Shown piece after piece: positions 15,188-26,606 of a stretch of 64,000 nucleotides of DNA. Positions within the stretch are counted from its first letter, which is position 1. Each line of letters begins with the position of its first letter. The notes below the pieces were generated by a model that was not told where the DNA came from, made no database searches, and worked only from the letters and a program-made list of their open reading frames with translations. Source of the DNA: Chrysomallon squamiferum (lineage: Eukaryota > Animalia > Mollusca); assembly GCA_012295275.1 (NCBI GenBank), contig CM022670.1, forward strand, positions 38,688,001 to 38,752,000, in the 5' to 3' direction. A program made the position numbers and the translations under genes.

Positions 15188-16234
15188 CACACACGTACGA
15201 ACACACACACATATACATATACACACACAAATATAATATATACATAAACCCCAACACATATACAGACACACTTTTTTAAATCTCAGACAGGCTAATGGAT
15301 CTTATTACCTAGACTTCCTTTTAAAAAATACACCTTTCTTCTTTTTCCATAACCACACAAAAACACATCCTGTTACTTTGACTTGAAAACAAGCTAATTG
15401 GTTTGACCCCTGCAGGTCATTTCTCTGACACAGATCCTGTTCGCTAAACACACAGATTACAGGTGTGGTATTTACCTGTAGATATTGCGTGGCCGTTGTC
15501 AAGTCGGTGCGGATGACGAAGCAGACGTCGGCAGAGCCAGGGGTCGGGGAGTCTGCACGAGGCGAGACTGTGCTGTTAGTCTGTTGTACTTTGATGAGTG
15601 CTTCCCCCAAATAGATTTCAACAGGATGGACCCGTTGATGAAAAAAAAAAAAAAGAAAGAGAAAAACAATCAAAATTTAAAGCGTCAGTGAGTAAATGGA
15701 ACAATTACGTATTGTTCATATTAGGTTTATCTATTCATTCATTTATCTGAACATTAATAATAAATATAACAAGAACAAGAACAGTAATAATAACACTATA
15801 ATAACAATATCCATAACAACAATTACAACAACAATAATAATAACCACAATTACTTCAACAGCAACAACAACAACATCGACGACGACAACAAAAACAACAA
15901 CAACAATAATATAATAATAAAAATGCTGGTTTCTGAAGATCTCTTTACAACGGACAAATTTACTAACAAATATACCACCACTTCAATACCTCGGATATTA
16001 TATTATAATAGTATAAATACATAATAGTTATTTATATCCTTCAACATACCTCTTTGATATGTGCGTTAAAAACTCTGGAATAAAACGAGACGTCTCCGTC
16101 ACGTTACTGGCAGTGATAACAAAATGGTCAATTGCTTCGATCGCAATTCCATTTGTGATGGCCGGTGTTGATGACGTAGACAGCACCTGAATCAAACAGA
16201 TAAATATCAGGTAAACAAAGTTTATCTGTGTCAT
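12757..16234 (-). CDS. Tandem two-domain glyoxalase/VOC (GLOD5-like) protein with predicted N-terminal signal peptide, ~340 aa; contains frameshifts and non-AG acceptors in this assembly
   Basis: Exons (minus): 16234-16050 (MTQINFVYLIFICLIQVLSTSS...IEAIDHFVITASNVTETSRF[fs]YSRVFNAHIKE), 15631-15476 (..PTPGSADVCF..YLQ), 14614-14486 (..GALGPLTSVYFRDPNGNLLEIANY), 14074-13964 (IDRLDHFVITAT..FYDRIFNIR), possible 13688-13680, 13610-13455 (FGRQKINVHQRGREFTPHA..GSADICFLTSTPLEE) and 13037-~12757 (GPIQSVF[fs]FRDTNQNLIQLAN). These match GLOD5-family motifs LDHxVxT, FGxQKxNxH, PGSxDxC and FRDPDxNLxE. The C-terminal end is uncertain. Confidence 0.85.
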
Positions 16235-16952
16235 GGTGTAAAGAAAATTGAACGTGTGTCGGAAACTTGTTGAAGTCAAAATCAAACCTTTTTATCCATG
16301 AGTGTTTAAGTTAGTGTCCGGGTCACGTGTTTCAGATGACTTTTCTAAAAATATGTAGTGTATGTGTACGTTCAACAAGACAGTTACTTGACCAAGTAAA
16401 ATGTCGATTTTAAGCCATAAGTTGGACTTTTGTGCTTTTTAAAAAGTATTATTTGGTCAGAGTAATAGGTTAAAAATGATTAACAGACAATATATCCGTC
16501 CTTTTATCAGAAAAGTTACTTCGCAAATATATATACATACATAGATAGACACAAACACACTTATTTAAACTTATATGCTAAAACATACATATACACACTT
16601 AAGCGCACATTTATTCATACCGAAAAATTCACATTAGCACACTAGCACGTACAAGTCATTTCATAATTGAATAAATTTCTTGAAAAATTTATTTTTTAAT
16701 TCGTGAGAGATCTCAGTTGAAATTTGCTATTTATAACAATAAACAGCAAATGAGATATTTTTCTTTATTATTACATCATCATCATTATATTCATCATCCA
16801 TCATCATCACTACTATGAACATCTTCGCCGACATCAGCCACACTATCATCTTCATCATCACTTTAATGTTGTTGTTGTTGGTGATTTTCTTAATCCTAGT
16901 TTTTTCTCTTTGATGTTTTTTTAAAATTATTTTTTAATTACTTATTATTATT

Positions 16953-16986
<34 letters not shown>

Positions 16987-18699
16987 CAAACGGTAATGTA
17001 ATTAAATGCATGTTCGAAGCCTAAATATCTTTTCAGTACATCTACATAATAAACTACATGTATTTTCCTTCCCACACACATATTACCTACTTTTGTTCAG
17101 AATTATTTCTCTGATAACTGTTTTCATTCTAAAAATCTAAATGACACGAAGAGACTGTACACTGAAGTCTCATGTTACAGTCTTAATCACACACGTACCT
17201 GATCTTCTGCGCCTTGTCTGTACTCAGTCTATTTTTAGAATCGCGTCTGTTTTTTTTATTAGTCGTCTGCTGCTGATAAATTACTCGTTTTCAATCTTAC
17301 AAATACTGATATTTAAGTCGTCTGACAAAAGCAAAAAAAAAAAAAACAATATTTTTTTTTTTTTTTTTTTTTATACCATTATTGTGTGTCAAAAACTGAA
17401 AATAATTATTTTAGGAAAGTATCTAAAAGGTATATCATTATATTTTTTCTGTGAACGTCTGATAAGATGCGCAAATGCAGATATTAAGATTTTTCATATA
17501 AACATCAGAAGCAGCGTAAGAACACGATTTGTCAAGCAGCGACAGAACAAGCAGCGACATAATTTTTGTTGCTACGACAGTGGTATGTACTACCATTGTT
17601 ATTACGACAGTAACAGATATTATTACTACTGCTACTTCCACTATTACCACTACAATTCCTACTACATATTCTACTGCTACTAAAAAGATAAAAAATAATG
17701 AGATTGATGATTTTTAGGATTCTTCCTTCAACGAACTGTTCAAGTTTGTTTATCGTGGCCCAGTTCTTTATTTCGCCAGAGAATTTTGTCAAATAACCCT
17801 ATTACATGCAACAGAAAAAAAAAAAGACCCAAAACACACACGTACACTATATACAAACACACACGGAATTTAATCAATTATACAGTGTGTGTGTGTCTTG
17901 ATTTTTATAAATACAATAAATCCATAAAAATAAAATAATAATAATACAAAAATCTCTTAAAATAAACTGACATTAGGTTAATTTGGTTTAATATAATTTA
18001 TTAAATTTAATTAACTGACCATATTGACCAAACAACAGTAACAAACAACAACAACAACAACAACAAAACAACAACAAAAAAACGAATAAACAAGCACAGA
18101 CAACACTGTTACAAAAAGTAAAATGTTACCAAAATACAGGGCTACTTAATTACACACAGCTATATGAGTGCGATTAGACGATACGTTTGTTGTTTATTCT
18201 GCAAATTACGTTTAATTAAATTATTCGTCGATTTGGAAGACGCTTCGATTACCAATACAATTAACAGAAGTTCATGCCAATTATACTATCCTTTGAAATA
18301 CTAGTATGTGATTCCAGTTTTGAGGATTTGATCCTTCTTGATTTAGAGACAGTGAGTAAATGGATGAAATACTTTGAAAATGACGAGAAGTTGCTAGGCA
18401 TATCTGTTGTCTCTTTAAGAAAAGAGTTGCTAATACATTTATATATATATATATAAAAAAACGTTTGTTTTTGATTGCAGTACATGTAGATGTTTTCATC
18501 TTTAACTTCACTATAGCTCAATTTATTTATTTATTTAGTTAGTTAGTTACTTACTTACTTATTTACCCTTATTACTGCAATAGTCTTCTGAGATTCACTT
18601 ACTGTAAATGATACTTGAAGGATGGAAAATCTTGAAACTGAAATGTTTATCATTTTGGGTTCATTTCGGCAAATTTACTTTCATTATGAGAATCTCTCT

Positions 18700-18760
<61 letters not shown>

Positions 18761-19469
18761 AAAAAATAAGGTAATGGATATAGTAATAACAATACAATAA
18801 AACTGAACAGATTTCTGTAAGAATAATAAGGTAAATGATAAAGAGAAACAGAAAACTGCTTACAATACACTTATGTACGAATTCAGCTACAGTTTCAAAA
18901 CTAATTCTGTTATCTGTTTCTTCGTGTTAAACTACATTTTCTGTCTTGGAAATGCTGATTACTGTAAGCTATTTAATGAGATTTATTTAATTAAACCAGA
19001 TATATTTCAGTCCGGTGAACGCAATTAATGACATCAGCAGGAAAAATAGTTTTTTTTTGTGAGTTTTTTTATAATGAATTCTTTGAAGCAGATATTATTA
19101 TTATTATTATTATTTTATTAATATTATTAATTTTTTTTTTTTTATCGTAAACACTTTCGCGGTAAAACACATTTTGTAAATTTAATTATTAATTTAATGT
19201 CATTTATAAATGACTGAAATTTCTTCATACATTACGTTTTTCACAAGATTCATTTGCGACCTTGACCATGCCATAATTATCCTAATAGTATTTATGTACC
19301 GTAGGCTTTGGGGGTCACTTTTCGGTTGTCTCCTACCGAAGGATTATCAAGAGACCTTACACCTTTGTATAGATATATACTAATTGTAAATCGCTTCCCT
19401 ACAGTAAAAGAGGCCAAGCGTATTTTATGTCATACTTGACAAATTACCATTTGATAAATAGTTTTATTA

Positions 19470-19692
19470 ATTTGCTAGGTTTTGACGTCATATAAATTTG
19501 TGATAGTTAATGCAACACAATGATATCGTTTGTTATATTAACAATTACGAACTAGGGAAGCAAAATGGCCGAGGCGCATTGGCAAAGGGATTAGTAACCC
19601 AAAATGATGACGTCGGTAAAACTAATTTTCCAAAATACTAATATTTGTCCTGGACATACCATTCACTATTCTGAACTGTGACTCGGTAAGAA
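19470..19692 (+). promoter_or_regulatory. Putative promoter and non-coding leader exon of GPCR 1
   Basis: Full CRE TGACGTCA at 19483-19490, YY1-like CAAAATGGCC at 19561 and TGACGTC at ~19608. Donor CG|GTAAGA at 19686 and acceptor CTTTTTCAG| at 20209, 20 nt before the ATG. Confidence 0.4.
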
Positions 19693-20229
19693 GCTGTTTG
19701 TACTTTCAGATGACGTAAATGATTAACTACCAATAAATATTTTTTTGTTTGTTTGATTCTTATTGTTAATATATAATGCCGGTAGCATTATTTTTAGTTT
19801 TGCTAATAACTACGCATATATATAAATATATATACAAACAAATGTATATACTCACATATTCTACATTTACAAACAAACACACACACACAAAAAAACACAC
19901 ATTCACACATCTATAAAAATATATATATATTTATGAGGTAAATATTAATATGATGAACCTTATGATTATGAAATCAAATACTGACTAAAATAAATCGTAA
20001 AGTAATTACTTTTTCACGCATCGAAACTAAATACTTTCTTTGTGTATACAAAACGATAAATAATTACAACAAAATAACAGTGGATCCAAAAGCATTATTT
20101 TAAATCAATATATCATAAAGAAAAACAAAATTAAAACTGTTTTAAAAAAAAAAAAAATATCCAATCTATTGAAACTAAGACCGGCCTTTGCGACAAAACA
20201 CTTTTTCAGACGGCTGGTAGGAAGTGAAG

Positions 20230-21102
20230 ATGGCTAACAGAAGTGACGTTCCGGATTCTTCTTTCTTAGTTTTAACTGTTTTAGAAATTATTATTAGTGT
20301 GATCGTGGTAGTTGGAAATGCTCTTGTAGTTGCTGCCATCAGCAGATTTAAGACACTGCAGTATCCCAGTAACATCATGATTGCTGCTTTAGCAGTGACT
20401 GACTTTTTGGTGGTGTCAGTGTTTATACCCTATGTGCTCATTCGTACCAACATGCCTCACCTTTTCGCAACCCGTCTGTCGTGTTTGATGTATATGTTTA
20501 CAACACACACAATACCCATGCTGTCCATCGTTATTAACTTCAACCTTTCCGTTGAACGCTTGTACGCTGTTCAGTTTCCTTTTCATTATCATGCAAACGT
20601 GACCACGAAGCGCAATTTGTTCTGGAACGTCATTTCTGCAGGAGGAATAACGCTAATAAACACTCCTATTACCTTGGGAATAGACCTTTGGTCAGAAAAC
20701 CAAACGTGCTATGCACCAACTCTTCTCTCAAGTGAATTCTCCAGACTTTACATTACCCTTCTCATTGTTATCCAGCTTGCTGGATTTCTCTCTTATTTGC
20801 GTGTTGTGGTCGCCGAGGTGTCGTTCAGACGTCGAGACAATAATACAGCGACGTCAAATTTAGAACGACAAGCTTCAAGGCAGTCTCTACTCGCCATAAT
20901 AGCTTACGGAATATCGTGTTTGTACTTACCGCACGTTATTTACTATCTGTGGGGGACTATTTCACGGAAACAGCACGAACCACTCACTCTAGGTTTGTTA
21001 CAGTTACTGGATCTGTGCAGCTCTGCTGTCAACTGCTTCATTTACGGCTTCAAGAAAAGAAAGTTTAGAGACGCTTACAAATCTTTATTGGGATTCAAAT
21101 GA
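20230..21102 (+). CDS. Class A (rhodopsin-like) orphan GPCR, copy 1, single coding exon
   Basis: Seven hydrophobic segments. Motifs: TM1 GN, TM2 LAVTD, TM3 SVERLY, ECL2 Cys, TM6 CLYLP, TM7 VNCFIYG, helix 8 KFRDAY and N-terminal NRS sequon. Confidence 0.93.
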   Translation: MANRSDVPDSSFLVLTVLEIIISVIVVVGNALVVAAISRFKTLQYPSNIMIAALAVTDFLVVSVFIPYVLIRTNMPHLFATRLSCLMYMFTTHTIPMLSIVINFNLSVERLYAVQFPFHYHANVTTKRNLFWNVISAGGITLINTPITLGIDLWSENQTCYAPTLLSSEFSRLYITLLIVIQLAGFLSYLRVVVAEVSFRRRDNNTATSNLERQASRQSLLAIIAYGISCLYLPHVIYYLWGTISRKQHEPLTLGLLQLLDLCSSAVNCFIYGFKKRKFRDAYKSLLGFK

Positions 21103-21854
21103 ACCCAAGTAGAGCCAGAAGTATTTAACATCAGCAACTTTATAATATAAACTACAGTGACATTGGCTTATAGAAAGTGAGATGTGTATGTTTCAAAATG
21201 TTTGTCACAGTTATGTTTTAATCTTAAAATTCAAAATATACTATAAAAAAATAAAAATAAAAATAGCAGAAATCATTGTACACAATCATTTCATAATACT
21301 ATTAACAATGCTTTTACGTTTTAATTAATTTCCAAGAAAATACTGAAACTGTAATTTAAATTTTTTTAACATCAACAACAACAAAAACAACAACAACAAC
21401 AATTAATGCTTCATGTATAAAACAATAATTTGCAACAACCAGAAAATATCTGCTTTTACACGATATACGTTAAATATACCGCAATCACATGCGTTTCTGA
21501 CATTTATCAAAAGGTAATTAAGCTGCTTTGCTAACAATTTATGGACTTACAATAAAAATAAAGAACAAATTAACTTCTTAATAAACTTGATCCATCGATG
21601 CCGGCAGAAATTATTACCAGCGAGAGAAAAATATCCGGGCACCTAATTATATGTATACTTACTTAACCAGATGTAAAGCGTCTATATGAGCACTGAGATA
21701 TGACAAAAAGTAAGTGTATCTGTGAAATTTATTATTTTCATCTTCAGCTGATATATATTTTCAACAAAATGTTTGGACGAGAACCAGAGGGTAGACACTT
21801 ACGGTTGCAGTCAGTGTTGGTATCTGTTCTTGTCTTCTTGTATAAGTGATGCAA

Positions 21855-21921
<67 letters not shown>

Positions 21922-23669
21922 CGATGATAATGACGATGATGATAATAATAATAAAAAGTAAATAAATAAATCAATCATCATCATCATCATAAAAAAAAAA
22001 AAAAAAAAAAAAAAAAGATCATAACGAGCAGACGATAATATTGAAACTGAGTCAAAATTTTAAGAACAAAAAAGAGTCATTACCTTTTAAAACAAATCAC
22101 TGTAGTTTTTGTTATGATGTTATTAATTCTATTTACAGAGGTGCAATCATTCTAATGGATGACAGCAACAAGAGAAAGCAATATTTTGAAAGAAAATCTA
22201 TGCTTTCTGAATGTTTCCATTTTTACGTATAAAAATGGCGTCCACATTTGGGACCCACTGTAAAGAGCCCCCATCTGGTTATGCCCATCTTCCAATGGCG
22301 ATAATGTACGAAACTCTCTTTTAAAAAATACCCAGTAATATAACTGGGTAATACAAAAATAAAAGAAAGAAATTATTATTATTTGTTTTTTTTTGAATGT
22401 TGTATACCAACTTTAGCTCTTTTTTTTTAACTGTCGTCATCACTGAGAAAATCAGTGGCAGTGTTTCTCTTAACGTAATTAAGTAATTTGTTAATATTAC
22501 CACAAGTAACTTTAAAGTCCTTTGAGGAATAATTCAAGAAAATTAAAGGACATAATTCTGTCTGCCTCATTACTAGAAGAACGATTTTAACGTAAATACT
22601 TTTTTCCCTAATGCTCGGTGTTCATGTTACTATTTACAAAATCAAACATTTCTTTGCAGTTTGATATTACAGAGATTACAGAGAAAATCAGAGCTAGAAA
22701 AAGAGATATGATAGCAAATTAATCAAATTTAATGATACTTTTAAGCAATTAATTAGAAAGAGAATGGATTATTACAAATCTCTGGGAAAAACATAATACA
22801 TATATATACATACACATACTTGCACATAATTCACACGTACTTATGAAGAAAATTGTTTTTTGGTCAAATGTTTCGTATCTATGGATCTAACTGAATACTT
22901 CCAACTCTGTTTTAACATGAATTTGAGTATTTGGATTTATTACGATTTTAACAATGAAATCGTTTGTAATAAACTCCTCTTATCAAATGATAGAGATGAT
23001 TTTTTCTTTATTATTATTTTTAAAATTATTATATCTGTCTATCTGACTGTCTGTCTGTCTGTCTGTCTAAAAAATTCTATTATTATTATTTAGCTTTTTA
23101 AATGTATAATTCTTTTTATTTTAATTTTTTATCTCACCATCATCTTGACTGTTTTAAGAATAGTCGTGATTGCAGATTCATAACATCAGTGTTCTACATT
23201 CTGTAAAAAGCTTGCCAGAAGGTGAAGTGAGTTTTATTAATAACAGATTTCCACTTCTAGATGTGTGTATATACTTTCTTCGTCTTTTTTTTTTTTTTTT
23301 TTTTTTTTTTCTTTGTGGCGGAGAGTGTGGGTGGTGATACATTAGCAGACGATATGGTGTGAGGGTTCTAAAAATCAAAAATCGATTGCTATGATGTAAT
23401 TTACAAATCATTTTTTATTTTTTATTTTTTATTATTCCCCGTCTTTTAGAGAAATAGGTTAACACTATCATAAATTTACTAAATAACCAAATTTTATTTA
23501 TATACTGATTATTTATAAAAACATATTTGGTTTTCTTCTTCTTTTAGTTTTTATTATTTTTTTTTTTCGCTGTAATTTCTTGAATAAGTTAAACATGTTT
23601 TAATGAAATTACACAGCATAAGTGGAAAAGTTTTAAATGAACAAATTATTAATATATATATATATATAA

Positions 23670-24710
23670 AAGGCATACATACATACGAACATACTTACGT
23701 AACATATACATACATATACGCATAAATACTATTTTAACATTGATCTCTTTTTTATTAAAACAAATAACCGAACATACGCTTCTTTTTATAACCATTTGGT
23801 CAAAATAGATATAGTATTGTTGGTGTTTATTCGTATTGTTTTTGCCCATAATCAATAATCACGTAAGAAACTGCAGGCAAAAAAAATACTGAAGTGTTGA
23901 TACGAGAAAAACACTTAACAGATTTTAGTGTAAAAAAAATGCTAGATCTGGTGACAATCTATGACAAAGCACACACAACCTACACACAAACACCCACACA
24001 CACATACACAATATTTGTCGCTAATGCATTTTCTTAATATAATATATAAAGAAAATGTACTAGCACCACACCACGGAAATAACATAACGAATTTTTTTAT
24101 CAGGAAACAAACTAAGAAGAAAGAAAAAAAAAAACAAAATACTTTTGTACTTTTCATGCTTTTATTATCTCACATTCGCATATAGAATTAAACTAATTAA
24201 AAATTAATAATACGCTTAAATTAAATTAGTGAATTTATTATTTTTTTTTTCATAATTTGTTTCCTGATAAAAAGTTCGTTATGTTTATTTCCGTGGTTTG
24301 GTCCCAGTAAATTTTCTTTTATATTATATTAAGAAAATGCAATAATGACAAATAATATATGTGTGTATGTGGGGGGGGGGGGTTATTTTCTAGAAAAAAG
24401 TGAAAATTGCACTTTGAAAATCAAAGATTTTTTCAAAGATTGTCACCAGATATAGCATTTTTTTACACTAAAATCTGTTAAATGCTGTTCTCACTATCAC
24501 TATTTTTTGCCAACAGTTAGTTTACGTAATTACTGATTGTGGGAAAAAATAATACGAACAAGACAAACAATACTATACTTATTTTGAACAAATGGTTATA
24601 AAAAGGAGAGCATATTCGGTTATTTGTTTTAATAAAAACGAGAAGAATGTTAAAATTTTATGTATGCACATACGTATATATCTATGTATGTATATATTAC
24701 GCCAGTATGT
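23670..24710. repeat. Large imperfect inverted repeat (arms ~23670-24115 and ~24252-24710)
   Basis: CCACGGAAATAACATAACGAATTTTTTTATCAGGAAACAAA (24071-) is the near reverse complement of TTTGTTTCCTGATAAAAAGTTCGTTATGTTTATTTCCGTGG (24256-). The ORF track shows mirror peptides MVIKRSVCSVICFNKK (-) and MVIKRRAYSVICFNKN (+). Confidence 0.88.
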
Positions 24711-25659
24711 TTTGTTAAAATTGTTTTATTTTCATGTGCAACATTTTGACATTATGTTTCAACCTAATGTGGAAACAGATATTCTAACGAACTTTTTTCT
24801 TTTCTTTATAATAAACAAACAAACAAACAAATAAAGAAATAAAGAAAGAAAGAAAGAAAAAAAAAGAAAGAAAGAAAGAAAGAAGGAAAAAAGAAAGAAA
24901 GAGAAATAAAGAAATAAATTTTTTTGTTTTTACTGTTATTGTTTATGTTGTTACTATTGTTGTTGTTCATTTTCTTCGTCTAAGTTTTATAAGAAATGCT
25001 AGATATTATTGTTGATATTATTATTATTATTATTATTTTTTAATTTTATTTAAGTTAACTCTATTCTACGAGAAATGTTTGAAATCTGGCGCTCTGCACT
25101 AAAAGGTTATAATTAAGTTTTTAATATTTCACGCAGACTCAAATTACTGACTAGACAAACTTATTAAGTTGTTATTTCTACTCACACGCAAACCGTTTCT
25201 TCCTTGCGAATCCTTCATTTAAAATGGCGTCATGATTGTTCTAAAACGTGATACCAAAATTAGCTCAGTGAATACCGCATGCTAACAGTTTGAGTCAGAA
25301 CCTTGAAGTTAACAATTAATTATATTTATCCAATAGCCTGATGCTTTTTTTTTTTTTTTTTTCTGTTCTCCTCCATTTTCTTTTCTTGTTTTTTTTAAAT
25401 TTATTTATATATATATTTATTTATTTATTATAGATTTATACACATTTTATCTGTCTAAAAACAGAGCGTATCTAAATCAAAAGATGTGGGCAGGATTATG
25501 TACTAAGCCACACCTTTTAAACAATGGACATCACTAATCATATCTCTTTGTGTGGTCTGCTAGTTTGAATGGTCAGGTATGTCCATTAGGAAGAACGATG
25601 CTGACCTACGTCAATGAATGTCAAAGTCGCGACAGTCACATTATTGAACAGACGTCGAC

Positions 25660-26606
25660 ATGTCGAACAACAGTTCAGTGCTCACGACAATGTCCCACAA
25701 GAGCTCTGTGTTATTTAACAGTTTGATGTTGGCACTGAAAATCATTCTCATACTGATAGCTGTTGCTGGAAACACTCTGACTATCGCGGCCATCAGCAGA
25801 TTCAAAGTTCTGCGTTATCCCAGCAACGTGATGATCGCATCCCTGGCAGTCGTCGATATTTTGATGGTGGCGGTGTACACGCCGTTGGTGCTTTTGCGAG
25901 GAGCGTTGCCGCATCTGTTTGGAAACAGAATATCCTGTCTGGCCCTGCAGTTTGTCACAAGCAACATAGCGCTGGGCAGCGTCGCATTTCAGTCACTTCT
26001 GTCTGTGGAGCGATTCTACGCCGTTCAGTTTCCATTTCGCTATTACGAAAAAGTTACAGTGAAACATAATTTGATCTGGAGCGGGATTACCGTGGCGGGA
26101 TCGTTTCCATATCAGTTCCTGGGGTTTTAGGAATAGATCGCTGGTCTGAAAACACCGTCTGCTATTCTACGTTATTGTTTCCACGTGAATTCACCAGATT
26201 TTACATCATCACGGTCTTCGTTTTGCAGATAGTCGGATTTTTGGCTTTCTTGCGCGTTCTCTTTGCAGAGTTGATGTTCAGACGTCGCGAAAGACGCTTA
26301 CAGGTTTCTGATTTGGAAAAGCAGACGTCGTCACAGACTCGAGTCATCTTGCTGGCTTACGGGGTTTCTTTGTGTTTGTATCTGCCTCACATCCTCTACT
26401 TCATGTGGGGCACGTTTTCTAAACACGCTTATGATCCAGTGATCCTGGGAATAGTGCAGCTAATGGATCTGTGCAATGCAGCCGTTAACTGTTTCATTTA
26501 CGGGTTTAAGAACACTAAGTTCAGACAGATGTACGCAAAACTACTTGGACTGAAACACTCGCAAGTGGAACCAGTGACGACTAACTCAAACTATATAAAC
26601 GCTTGA
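25660..26606 (+). CDS. Class A orphan GPCR, copy 2 (1-nt frameshift at G-run ~26097-26099)
   Basis: ORFs 25660-26130 and 26175-26606 join into a ~315 aa 7TM protein if one G is added, by alignment to copy 3. Motifs GN, LAVVD, ERFY, CLYLP, NCFIY. Confidence 0.9.

Noticed and set aside
17141-17792. Overlapping 60-180 aa ORFs upstream of the VOC gene
   Set aside because: Low-complexity translations of A/T runs and (ACT)n. A donor at ~17198 (minus) may mark a non-coding leader exon but cannot be supported further.
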